Positions 1 through 22,428 of a DNA stretch of 64,000 nt are shown piece by piece. The notes under the pieces are model-generated. The model had not been told where the DNA came from, ran no database searches, and was given only the letters and a program-made list of their open reading frames with translations. A program made the position numbers and the translations under genes. Origin of the DNA: the human T2T-CHM13v2.0 reference genome, Homo sapiens; assembly GCF_009914755.1 (NCBI RefSeq), contig NC_060930.1; one strand, 5' to 3'. Position 1 is the first letter of the stretch; every line of letters begins with the position of its first letter.

Positions 1-56
1 TTGATTGTTTATATATAAAATGAAAAACTATATGTATACAAGCAGCAGTTAGAATT

Positions 57-165
57 GTGTTCACTTCGGCAGCACATATACACAAATTGGAACTATACAG
101 AGAAGGTTAGCATGGCCCCTGTGCAGGATGACATGCAAATTTGCGAAGCATTCCACATTTTTTTT
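57..165 (+). pseudogene. RNU6-471P: U6 snRNA full-length retro-pseudogene
   Basis: Aligns end to end with U6 (GTGYTCRCTTCGGCAGCACATATAC...ACAGAGA...AGCATGGCCCCTG...TTCCAYATTTT) with about 12 substitutions and 1 deletion; followed by a short A tract. Symbol from recalled locus. Confidence 0.93.
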
Positions 166-259
166 AAAAAAATAGGGTAACCAATGATACGGAAATAGCC
201 TAGAACAGTGGTTCTCAAACTTTGCACATTAGAATCACACTTCAGGATCTTTAAAAATA

Positions 260-1592
260 GAGTCGTACCTTGGTATCAGTAGGAGATTGGTTTAGGATCT
301 CCTACGGATACCAAAATCCATGCAAACTCAAGTTCCTTATGTAAAAGGAGGTAGTATTTGCTTATTGAAGGGGTGGCCTGCCCCTCCACACCTGTGGGTA
401 TATCTCAACAGGTGGGACGAGAGACTGAGAAAAGAAATAAGACACAGAGACAAAGTATAGAGAAACAACAGCGGGCCCAGGAGACCGGCACTCAGCATAC
501 GGAGGACCTGCACTGGTACCGGTCTCTGAGCTCCCTCAGTTTTTATTGATTATTATTTTCATTATCTCAGCAAAATGAATGAGGTAGTTGAGCAGGGTGA
601 TAATAAGGAGAAGATCAGCAAGAAAACATGTGAGCAAAAGAATCTATGTCATAATTAAGTTCAAGGGGAGTTTACTATGCCTGGATGTGCACGAAGGCCA
701 GATTTATGTTTCTCTCCACCCAAACATCTCAGTGGAGTAAAGAATAACAAGGCAGCACTGCTGCCAACATGTGTCACCTCCCGCCATAGGGCGATTTTTC
801 TCCCGTCTCAGAATTGAACAAATGTATAATCGGGTTTTATACCGAGACATTCAGTTCCCAGAGGCAGGCAGGAGACAGTGGACTTCCTCTATCTCAACTG
901 CAAGAGGCTTTCCTCTTTTACTAATCCACCTCAGCACAGACCCTTTACGGGTGTCGGGCTGGGGGACGGTCAGATCTTTCTCATCACATGAAGCCATATT
1001 TCAAACTATCACATGGGGAGAAACCTTGCACAATACCCGGCTTTCCAGGGCAGAGGTCCCTGTGGCTTTCCGCAGTGCATTGTGCCCCTGGTTTATCGAG
1101 ACTAGAGAATGGTGATGACTTTTACCAAGCATACTGCTTGTAAACATTTTGTTAACAAGGCACGTCCTGCACAGCTTTAGATCCCTTAAACCTTGATTCC
1201 ATATAACACATGTTTTTGTGAGCTCAAGGTTGGGGCAAAGCATCTCAGGGCAAAGCAATTGTTCAGGGTACAGGTCAAAATGGAGTTTCTTATGTCTTCC
1301 TTTTCTAGTTAGACACAGTAACAGTCTGATCTCTCTTTTCCCTACACTTATGACCTATGCACATCCTCCTGTATACATTAAATTATCTCTAGATTACTTA
1401 TAATACCTAAAATACAATGTCCATGCTATGTGAATAATTGTTATATTGTATTGATTAGGGAATAATGACAAGAATATAAGAATCTGTAATGTTCAGTATA
1501 GACGCAATCATCCTTTTTTTAAAAAAATATTTTTTTGATCCACAATGGTTTAATCAACAGATGTAAAACCCACAGACATGGAGGGCTAACTG
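260..1592 (+). mobile_element. MER2 (Tigger-derived MITE), split by LTR5
   Basis: TA-flanked; GAGTCGTACCTTGGTATC...GTAGTATTTGC resumes at 1352 and ends GAGGGCTAACTG-TA. Confidence 0.85.
366..1346 (-). mobile_element. HERV-K(HML-2) solo LTR, LTR5A/B-like
   Basis: Minus strand begins TGTAGGGAAAAGAGAGATCAGACTGTTACTG and ends GCAGGCCACCCCTTCA; 981 bp; CTTAT target-site duplication (TSD) at 361-365 and 1347-1351. Confidence 0.93.
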
Positions 1593-3131
1593 TACTAATT
1601 TTTGTAGGCTTCTACCCCCCTCCCCCCAGACAAACTGATTTCATAGGATTTGGTTGCCGGTGGGCATCAGAGTTTTTATTCCATTGACCCCTAGCTTACA
1701 AGACAATTATGTGACTTTTGCACAGACAGCTGCCATCACAAACTGCCTTTTTTATGGTATAAAGGGTCTCTTCAGGAGCTCTTAAAATGACTTCTTTCAA
1801 GTGCATTGATAGAGTTTGTAGAAAATATATTGCTACTGCTGTCTACCCTAAAAGACATCTTTACAAGTGAAAGCTTCAAAAATTTCCCCGAAAAGATTAA
1901 TATGGAGTTAGTTACTTGAATCAAATTCTGGGCTCTTTAATAACCTTGAGAATATCTCTGGTCTGCTAGATTTTGACCATCTCAACTGACTGGCACATTG
2001 TATTGAGCCTAAGAAATACCTTATTTGGACTTTGCGGATTTTGGAGTCCCTTTACACTACATAATACAGCTGACATTTTAAATAAAAATAATCAAGTAGG
2101 GAGATATAGAAGAAAGATTTAGAACAAAAGTAAAATAATACATTCATTTTTATTCATGTTGGAAATATAAAGAGTCCATTAGAAAGAATGTAAACCAAGG
2201 AAAGCATAAAAGATTTTTAAATGTTCCGCCCGACGTCAAATATTAAAATTAAATATCTACACACCTAGTTGTATAAATTGGCAAACTGAAGACCAAGGTC
2301 AGAACTAAATAACCTCCAAAGAAACAAACAAACAAACAACAAGACTCCATCTCCTTTAACAATCTCCCATGTTTACTTCAAAGCAACTTTTATAACATGT
2401 CATATGTGTCAGAAAGAATTGTCAGACTTAAAAATCGACAACAGAAATTACTGGGTCCTTCCTTTCAGTGACGTGCTTGGCATTGTCTGGCAGACCCTCT
2501 AGCAAGTGTCTGATTTTTTTAGAGCTATGCATCTTTGACTTTCTATTCACTAGGCTAAGCTCTGTGATGGTAGAAGTTAAGTTATAGAAAAGTGATAATA
2601 ACGCAAGTGATTCATGTTTACATTAACCCTAAGATTTTACTCAGTTGAGATACAATTTTCAGCCTTTCTATTGTGTGTTGTTTGTTCTTCAAATTCATCT
2701 TTGAAGGGGTTTTCTCAGTTGACTTAGTAATTAGTGAGATATATGAAATCTTAAACACTACATTCATGTTATATTTGTATGAAAGTCAGGTTTTCGGCTT
2801 TTCATGTGACTGACAACACCAGTACATTTTGGGAGCTCAAAAGAGGACGAAAGAAGTCCTGACAGGGAAGTCAAATGCTGGATGACGAGCACATGATGGG
2901 GTGTGAGGTATAAGTTTGAAAGATTTTAATTGTCAGAGAAAAAGGTACTCCGAGCACATTTTCTGAAGTGTTTGGAAGGTAGGACACCTTGGTCCAGAAA
3001 TGGCGATGGAGCAGAGAATTTGAGTTGTTGCAAATCGGTAAAAATGCCCGAGGCAGTAAATAGAAATATGAAGCTGAATGGTCTCTTGAGTAACTGCTCA
3101 AATTCTTTTTAATCCCCAAAAGATTTTTTAA

Positions 3132-3434
<303 letters not shown>

Positions 3435-3628
3435 AATACCCAAAGAATTTTGAAGAATTTTCCCTACATTTGCAGATGAAGAAAAGTTTCACAAATGATC
3501 TAAATAATATAAAACACCACACATTTTACTTTCGGAAGTGATGGAGCTGGAATTTAAACACATATATCTGATTCAAGAGGCTTATGTTTGCTACTATTGC
3601 ACATTGCCTTTAAAACAATGCTGTGTTT

Positions 3629-3897
3629 GGCCGGGCGCGGCGGCTCACGCCTGTAATCCCAGCACTTTGGATCCAGACGCGACGGGATCACTGGAGACCA
3701 GGCTGCTCAAGGTGGTGAATCCCCGTCGGGTTTTAGCTGGGCGTGGTGGTGGCACCCTGTAATCTCAGCTACTCGAGAGGCTGAGACAAGAGAATCACTT
3801 GAACCCTGGAGGCGGAGGTTGCAGTGAGCCGAGATCGCACCACTACCCTACAGCCTGAACGACAGAGCGACACTGTCTCAAAATAATAATAATAAAC
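3629..3897 (+). mobile_element. Alu with degenerate left arm
   Basis: GGCCGGGCGCGG start, normal right arm, (AAT)n tail. Confidence 0.85.
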
Positions 3898-3976
3898 AAC
3901 AGTTAAATATGAACAGGGAGGTGGGCTCCAGGCTGGCCTCCATCTCTGGCACACCCAGGAAGGGGGCCATGACTGT

Positions 3977-4808
<832 letters not shown>

Positions 4809-5094
4809 TTTGAAGTTCTCCATTTGAAGACCAAAAACAAAAACAACAGCAACAAAAAACAATTCACCCCTGATCGTTGGGTACATAAAATAGGATCTTG
4901 CAATAGCTGTTTGCCAGTACATTCGAGTATGTTTGGATTGTCTTCTGCGTGTATGTTCGTTGTTTCATTTCTGTAGGAAATGAAGTTTCTGAAAGCTGCT
5001 AATTTGGGGCAGTAATTGAAAACATTACTACGGAACAGAATGGAAAGTAAATATTGGATGTATGTCTCCCACCTTAACAAAACGAGGGATTTGT

Positions 5095-5100
5095 AAAAAA

Positions 5101-5167
<67 letters not shown>
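5095..5167. repeat. A-tract plus (TA)n microsatellite
   Basis: About 24 A followed by about 24 TA units. Confidence 0.97.
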
Positions 5168-5169
<2 letters not shown>

Positions 5170-5627
5170 CTCGGTAGAGTTTTAAATCAAGACGAAGATC
5201 TCTCTGTTCATCCATCATGGTCTTATATTTCTCTTACATGCGTCCCGTAATAACCTACATCCTGTCCCTTCACTTCACATCCCTTCTCCCATCACCAAAG
5301 AAAGAATCAAAGGGGGTCTAGATAAGCGAGGGAGAGGAAGAACGGGGAAACATGGAAAGAAGAAAGGCGGGAGGGGGTGGGGGGAAGTGGTGGTGGTGGT
5401 TTGACCTTGAGGAAGGAAACCAGACGATTGTGCAATAATACTCCAGCCTATCGCATACCCTCGCAGAAACCATTAAGATGCTGAAAATAATTATACAGGG
5501 AATACGTAAGTCCCACTCACGGGCTTGTTAAGTTAAAATGTGGTCGGAAGCATTGGGGAAAGCTCCTGAAAGGTGGTAGTTGCAAAATGGTTTTGGTAAA
5601 ATCTACATCTCAAGCCCTTTTCTCCTG

Positions 5628-6216
<589 letters not shown>

Positions 6217-6222
6217 TAGCTG

Positions 6223-6329
6223 TGTCAGAAGTGGGATTCGAACCCACGCCTCCATGCGGAGACCAGAAGCCCCAAACCTGGGAAGTAGCAACTTGAGTCT
6301 GGCGCCTTAGACCACTCGGCCATCCTGAC
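6223..6329 (-). tRNA. TRL-CAA3-1: tRNA-Leu(CAA) with 23-nt intron (6269-6291)
   Basis: GTCAGGATGGCCGAGTGGTCTAAGGCGCCAGACTCAAG-intron-TTCTGGTCTCCGCATGGAGGCGTGGGTTCGAATCCCACTTCTGACA; intact A and B boxes; anticodon 6293-6295; T4 terminator at 6213-6216. Confidence 0.98.
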
Positions 6330-6952
6330 ACGCACTGTTACTCCTTAAGTTTCATTATGTAACTCGTAGTCAGCAGACGCTGACTCCGACAAAGGAGGAA
6401 AAGACCTCGGATGGGTGGCGTACGCTCCTGGTTTTCACAACGGTATTTATTATTTTGCCCGGTGCTATTCTAAATGATGCTAAACATAGCATCATCAAAA
6501 TACCTTATGTTGCTATCTTTCGGGTTAATTCAGAAATGAAACAATAGGGAAAGTGGCAAATACTCAGAACAGTGCTTCCTAAGTTACCATCTGGCTCCGT
6601 AACAGTTTCCTGGCTAGAGGGACCCTCAAAGCTCAGTATTCAGCGTCCTAAGCAGGTGCTTTGTAGAGAGAAACAAAAGTCATGCAATATTTTTATTTTT
6701 ACTTTTCCGGTTCCCCCACCTAGCCCAAAATACACTGTGAATACTTTGAAGCAGAAATAAAATCAGTAACAGAAAAATGAACTGCCCCAATTCAAAAGAA
6801 TGGTTGGAAAAGATGAAGGTGGAGAATGGAGAAAAATAATTAATAATTTTATCATTTTAAGAGGTTCCTGGAGCAAGAAAGGGTGGTAGGTGCTTGTGAA
6901 TGTGCAGAGGTGAGAAGAGTGAAAAAGTGGAATTAATCATGGAGGCGGGTAA

Positions 6953-7754
<802 letters not shown>

Positions 7755-7819
7755 AAAATTATAATAAACTATCCTTGAAAAATACGTTGTTGATTTGCGT
7801 GATTTAAATCCTAACTTCT

Positions 7820-8122
<303 letters not shown>

Positions 8123-9291
8123 CTAACTTCTTTTCTTTTACTCAACACGGTTTGAAAAATCCACTCATCCTGCTACATGTACACCTGCTTGGTCACTTGT
8201 GGCTGCTGCATAGTATGAAAACCATAGGCAGTATACCTGATGGACATCTAGGTTGCCTCTAACAATCTGCTACCTCAAAATGCTAGAAGGACTGTACTTG
8301 GCAAGGTCAATCATGGAGCTGAGCTGGAATTTCACTGAGGTGGATTCCTAGAAGTGGAATTGCTGGGTAATAATTTAAAAGTTATACAGGAGGATAACCC
8401 AGGTAATGTTAATATTGCAAAAAAAACCTAAGACCCTGATTTTCAGCCCAAGATTTCAATCTATGTATACTTCATATAATGCAATTTTTATCTTCAAAAA
8501 CAAGAGACAGAAAGGATATCCAAATCAGATAATTCTGAGAAGCAATCTCAGAAGAAGCTTTAAACTTAGTTTCTTTTTAACAGGATGATTATTTCTTTTG
8601 TTATTGATGACCCAAACTTGTTTTCAGCAGTGTCATAATCTTGAGGGTTCTTTCCTCTTAGGTTTTAGAGGTAACCTAGGAAATCTTTTGGTAGAAGTTT
8701 GTAACAGATTATTTTACGTGTGCAGAAAAGCAGTGAAGATTTTAGTCACTGATCAGTTGACTGATCAGTTGAACGGCTAAGGAAAAGAACTGGGTGTTAC
8801 CGTCGTTGCTAGAGCGGTGTGAGTTTACGACAGTTGCTGGTCAGATCAATGTCCGACTCCCCTTTCAGAGAGACAGACGATATACAGGAATCTGGAACAT
8901 TCCTACAGGGCTCTCTGAGAACGGAGACCTTTTTCTCGTGCCTTTTTTCTTTTCTTTTCTTTTTTTGTTTGTTTAATTTTTATGTTAGCGGATTCACAGA
9001 CCAATAGATGGAAATCCGCTGCTTACTTTCTCGCAGGAGAAAATGATCTCCAACAGTGCTGCGGGACTGCGTCCAAATGGCACTGAAAATATCCCAGGAT
9101 TCTGTAAATGTGGGGTTTTCCTTTGTCGATTGGTTTGATGTAAGAGAGATGCCTCTCTCTTTGCGAGACCCTGTTTGGCGAACATCGGTTGGGGAGGGAA
9201 ATCTTGGAGGTAGAAACGGCTGAACTATTGTGGCATTCCTTGGCGAAACTTTCGGTACAAATCTGGTAGGGAAAAACAAAAGATCAGGCTG

Positions 9292-9399
9292 TGTCAGAAG
9301 TGGGATTCGAACCCACGCCTCCATACGGAGACCAGAAAACCCGAACACAGGAAGCAGTAAGCTTGAGTCTGGCGCCTTAGACCACTCGGCCATCCTGAC
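9292..9399 (-). tRNA. TRL-CAA2-1: tRNA-Leu(CAA) with 24-nt intron (9338-9361)
   Basis: Exons differ from the 6223 copy by one variable-arm base; intron CTTACTGCTTCCTGTGTTCGGGTT; T4/T5 terminator at 9272-9281. Confidence 0.98.
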
Positions 9400-10049
9400 A
9401 CTGTGACAAAGATCCTTGAAACTATACATGATGAGTAATCACGGCTTACGGCTCGCCTTCTGGCTGAATCCCAGCCGCAAAAGTTCTCTCTGGAATTTGC
9501 CCGACTAAACAGGAGCTCCGAACTCACTGATTACAGAATGGAAAGGTAGAAGAATACAACTGTTAGTGCGGAATTGAATAATTCTTACAGTACTGGAGAC
9601 CAAGATGGGAATTGAGGAACAAGATATGAAGGAGACGTTTCCACGTCACCTCTCCCCTTCCTCCAGTAACTCCCCGCTCTCGGCCCTGCCCTCTCCCTCT
9701 GACCCAGGCCTCCTGACTCGCATAGACCTCTGCTTACGACCCTGACCCTGTGGGGTCACTTTGCTCTTTGTGACTTAAGTCCTGATGCAGTAGCTCCAAC
9801 TTGATGCTGCCCCAGGGCCAGTGGGAACTTTTCTGGACAAGAGGAGGCCATAGCAACAGAGTGGGGCTGTTCTGTACATGGATTTCTAGGCATTCCCCCT
9901 TCTCCTCAGACTATCCGAACTGTGATTTCACCACCGGAAGTCATCCTTACATGTTTCATTTCGTTACACAGTTCAGTAAACATCACTGTCTTCTGCCCTG
10001 TAGGGTCGCCTATGCTCTATAGTGATAATCCTGTCTCTCCTCTCTCTAG

Positions 10050-11635
<1,586 letters not shown>

Positions 11636-11787
11636 TCATGAACTTCTGGGCAGTATATTTTCTAAAAACCTCCTTAATATTTATTTTATTTTCTCTAATC
11701 TTTCTTTACAAGTTAGGAAGAAATTGAATCTGAAGTGATAGGGGCTTCTGAGTGGTTAGGGTTCAGCCATAAAAAAATACTTGAGAC

Positions 11788-12640
<853 letters not shown>

Positions 12641-13279
12641 GTATGTATCAGTCTTGGTGCAATCAGGAGAGAGAAATTACACAGTTATTTGAACATAGAA
12701 GTGACCTCACCTGGGGCTGAAACAAAGCACTAAAAGAAGTGCCCTCTACCTCTCACCCCACCCCTGGCTAAGATCCAGACCTTGTTGGGGAGAGCATGGC
12801 TGTGACTCACGGAATAGCAGAGAAATGCTCATGGTGCTATGCCAGCAGAATTTGCTTGAAATCTGTCCTCTGGAATTTTTTGGAAATTAATCTTCAAGGG
12901 TTTCTTGAAAAGCTCTTCGTGGAGAGGTCTCTCACTGAGGGCACTCTACTACAAAACACTCAAAGAAGATGCCAGGGAAAATTAGTTGTTGCTGGGTGCT
13001 GCAGGAGACTGATGCAGGGGAAAGGCATGCGTGATGTAGGAGCTAGGCACTGGGGAAGCAGCAGGCCAAGTAATACATGGGAAGAAAGAAGCAAAACTCA
13101 CTTTCTTCCGCAATGTCTCTCCACTGCCCTCTACTGACAAAGCTTCAATGCCAATTGGCAAAAGAAAACCAAGGACTCAAGATTCATTTCCACGAAGCAG
13201 GCAAAAAGGGTGAATTTGGAGCTGAGAGGCAATAAATCCTGAATGGGTACAAGCAAATGCAGATTTTCTTACTTAAAAA

Positions 13280-14730
<1,451 letters not shown>

Positions 14731-15259
14731 TTGCTCTATTCTTTTGTTCTGTACCTTTCATTCTGTATGCACTGATAACTTTGAGTTCTTTGTTGTTCTT
14801 CTGGAGGATGATTAGAACTTCCATGTCTTTCCATATGTTTGTTGTTTATGTGATATAAGTGTGAGGAGTCGGAACCAACTACAGACTGCTTGGGCTAACA
14901 ATTTTTCTCTATTCTGTACAAGTTGCCCCTTACATGCAAGCATGGCCTGGAGTGGGGTGGGATATAAATTTGGGGTTTAGATATCTACAGAAAGCAGAGA
15001 GCTAGGCATACTTTCCTCCACCATAATCATGTGCTGGAGGCTCCATCAGCCTCCTCTTTGGATGGTAAAGTACTTATTTCTCTTTATTTACCTAAGCAGG
15101 TTATAAAGACAGTCTCTTTCCCATACAAGTGAGCTTCATGGCCCAATTGCTCTTCTGTTCTGACTTTTCTTGGAACTGAGATAAAATGCCTCATTTATAG
15201 AATCCCTGACATTCTTGCCAATGAACTTCCCTAACCACTTTACTTTCCAAGCTCTTTGA

Positions 15260-17651
<2,392 letters not shown>

Positions 17652-18048
17652 TCAGCCAATGGAAGACAGCAGCAGGAGATAAGAGGGCACAAAGAAGAGA
17701 GGCAGATGCATGTACAGTATTTCTCCTACTTGCTCCCTGACAGCCTGTGTTCCTCCCATGGGCACAGCTCCTAGTGGGTGGTTCCTCTCCCGTTGCTGGA
17801 ACTCTTGCCAAATTCTGGCAATTCTGCCCCTTCTCTTTTCCCTTAATGCCTAGGAATAGTGAAGATTCCCACTGTTCTGATCCCTGAAGATTTCCTCACA
17901 TCTTCTTGGTTCCCTTAATTCTATAAAGAAGCCCTCCAATAATCTTTCCTCAATCCACCTGATGAATATAACCAGATTTACCCAAGCCCACTTCTGATCC
18001 TTACTCTCCTGACCGCAGTGTGGGGAGGCGCTTCAAAGATGGAGCCTA

Positions 18049-18489
<441 letters not shown>

Positions 18490-18527
18490 CTAATTAGGCA
18501 AAGGTATATACTACAATAGAAGTAGGA

Positions 18528-19176
<649 letters not shown>

Positions 19177-22003
19177 TAGTGTCACAGAGTCAAAGGGACA
19201 GATCCTACATTTACTAAATCCTGAATTATTCAGCTCCTCAAATCACATTTATTTGAAGGTTAAACCAAATACAAAGAAATATTACTTTTGCATATTTTTT
19301 TATAATTTAGAAAGTATTGCAATATAATCATTTGACTTATAGATAAATTCAAAAGTCAACCAATAGCCATCAGTATGCTGATTTATTTCCTTCTAAGATT
19401 TTGCTCTGCAAATACACTGAGAATGAAATTGTGATCATTCATAAAGTTTTGTCCTCTGCTTTGTTCACTCAATGGTAGTTCATGAACTTTCTCTGTATTA
19501 TTAAATGCCGGTTTCTTCTAAAAACCTGTAAGAGCTGCATGATATTCCATATGGATATGGTATGGTAAGATAAGCTTGCACCAAAGTATAATTAAATGCA
19601 CTGCTGCCTTTACTGAGGAACTCTTCCTACAATCAGTGAGTCAATGGAACTAAAGATGATTAGTGATATAGTTGATTTGCCTTCTGGCACAAGCTCCATA
19701 TACAATATATACCTATACACATACACATATATGTACCTACATATACCTATATATAGTATATAGTATATAATGTGGTGTTCATAAGTTGAAAAGTGGTTCA
19801 TTACCTATTTTCTAAAATCCAGATTCACAACCAGAGACTTGAGCCTGGGAGATGGCAGTGGAGTCAGGGCATCTTTGGGAATGTGGCTAACAAATTTGGT
19901 AGAGGAAATGTGTATAGGAACAGGCTACCTATCCACTCCTAATTCCCGCCCCTTCAGCATTCTCCCTTTCATCTTTATTATTTTTCCTTTATGTCTCTGT
20001 TTTCTCACCACTGTCCCCTTCCCTCCACCCCCTAACTTATGAGTCTTCTCTAATTCTGAAGGAGCCCAAGTTGAGAAAAGCTCTGTAAAAGAGGCCATAC
20101 CTAATTTTATCAAGAACTGAAGGTCTGTTTTATCTTTTGGCTCCAGACACCCTCCATGTAAGTTCCCTGGTGCAAGCCTCTGCTGACTTGTGGAAAATGA
20201 AGTGAGAAGTAAGAGATATTAAGGCTGGTACTTTTCCAGAATTTCAGTCCTTGCAGGCCCTCGCGTAGCTGCCAAAACACTTGCGATATAATAGTGTGTT
20301 TGCAGGTTAACTATTGTGTCACAAGTGCCTTATGTGGTAGAGATTTGAATGCATGCCCTGCCTACTCTTAACTACTGTGTACTCCTTGAGATAAAGAAGT
20401 GACATCCACAGTACCTTTCCCATGATTGCTCATGCTTTACTGAATACTGTATTAAATGAATACCTTTAAGAATCAGAAGTCTTAATCTCAGCAGACAAGG
20501 AAAGAAAAAGAGCCTACTGAGATACCTTAAGAGCATTAAAAAAACACACCAAAAAAAAAATTAGGTTCAAGCGATTCCTCTGAACATAATAGACCTGTGT
20601 TTCACTGAGGTTATACTTTTCTTTAGGCACTAGAAATCAGGAGGCGAACACTGTACCTAAACATAAAACGACATTCTCAAAAACTGCCCTGCACAGGCTT
20701 GTTGGGACTTCACGATCCTTCTTGGACCTGCATCCCCCTCTTCTCTGGTACTCGGGTGATGACAAGGAGCTTCAGGAGAAAGGGTCCCTTCTACCCAGGC
20801 AAGTTTAGGATTTTGGAAAATAGAAACAAACAACTGGCTCCTCTGGGAGGCGAACCATTGATTCTAAGAAGTTCAGGATGGAGAACAGTGATAAAATTGA
20901 CCTTGCATTCTCTCCGCTCTCACTCTCTGCCGCGTTAATATGCCCTTCCATTTCTTGTTTTGTTTTCCTATTGTTTGCGTTTATACCACTTCCGGTCACA
21001 CGGGCATTGTTTTGCCGGTATGACTTTGGGGGATGAAGGTGGGGATGCGGAATATGTGATTGTTTTACCCTTTAAGACCTTTGGGACAGCTGGCTGGATT
21101 GCTCTTAAACAGCAGATTTCACAGCCTGTCTTCTGGAAGGGAGAGCTGCGTCCTCGGGATAAGACAGGCGCATAGAGCCTGGATTCCCCGCTTCCCAACC
21201 AGTGGCTCGCATTTTTTTCTGAGTTGTTTTAATGTTACTTGTATTTGTCAGTAGTCGAGGACTTTTTAAGTTTTTATTTATTTTATTTTTTTAAGGGATA
21301 TTGTTTCTTTATGAGCACAGGGCCCCCGACTTGGGACAGGAGACTTCAGATTTATGGTTTAGTTTACTTTTCTACCCCGGTCTGCTTGTCCGAGCCGAAT
21401 CTCAAATAGCTTTTCTCATGCCCCTCCCGGCCCCTTTCCCCTTGTGGAAGAGAACAAATTTCTGGTTTCTTTGCTACAGCGCCGTTGGATGGAGCTCTTT
21501 TATTTGGATTTCGGTGTCGCTCAGTGGAGAAGTAGAAACATGGCAAGGATTTACTCCCTGGGTGGAGGATCCAAAATGATACAATCTTAAAGACGACTGG
21601 AGCAGGCGGAGCCTCTCTTGGGCTTCTGTCCCCGGGAGGTGCTTCACTGCCCCTTTCTTTACTGTCTCACCCTTACCCTCACCTGTCAGTGTGGCTCTTT
21701 TGATTTATGATTTGGGGGAATTTGAGACAGATGAAGGCACTTTTCCCCCAAGGCGCTAAGAACTGAAGTTCAGAATACCTGGGCATTAAGCAGAGTGAAA
21801 AGTACTGCAGACAGTGGGGCGTGGCTAACAATGGCCGAAAGCTAATTGGAGGGGAGGCTAAAATTATTAGAGAATGCAGGGATCTGTGTTGTTTGACCAT
21901 AAGCCAGAAAATCGGAAGAGGGAGAAAAATGAAAAATCAGCAACAAAACTGGGTCGAGAGTGAAAATAGCTTTAGTAAGAGGAATTAAGTTCAATTCTAT
22001 CGT

Positions 22004-22077
22004 GGCCCTGTAGCTCAGCGGTTGGAGCGCTGGTCTCGTAAACCTAGGGGTCGTGAGTTCAAATCTCACCAGGGCCT
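22004..22077 (+). tRNA. TRT-CGT5-1: tRNA-Thr(CGT) with an atypical anticodon stem
   Basis: GGCCCTG/CAGGGCC acceptor stem, GCTC/GAGC D-stem, anticodon CGT at 22037-22039, GTGAG-TTCAAAT-CTCAC T-arm. Confidence 0.95.
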
Positions 22078-22135
22078 AACAGACTGCCCTTTGGGTTCTG
22101 GTGTTTACCTACACTTCTTGTGTCTTATTTTTATG

Positions 22136-22428
22136 TTTTTTTGAGACAAAGTCTCGCTCACGTCACCCAGGCTGGAGTGCAGTGGCGCCATCTCGGCTCT
22201 ATACAACCTCCGCCTTCCGGGTTCAAGCGATTTTTTCCCGCCTCAGCCTCCCGAGTAGATGGGACTACAGGCCTGCACCACCAAGCCCGGCTAATTTTTG
22301 TGTTTTAGGGTAGAGACAAGGTTTCGCCATGTTGGCCAGACTGGTTTGGAACTCCTGATCTCAAGTGATCTGCCCGCCTCGCCCTCCCAAAGTGCTGGGA
22401 CTACAGGCGTCAACCACCGCGCCCTGCC
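22136..22428 (-). mobile_element. Alu
   Basis: Alu reverse complement. Confidence 0.9.

Larger units (their letters stand above)
206..1680 (+). mobile_element. MER5-like hAT/Charlie fragment, split by MER2
   Basis: Starts CAGTGGTTCTCAAACTT...TTAGAATCAC; MER5-like sequence appears to resume after 1594. Confidence 0.55.
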
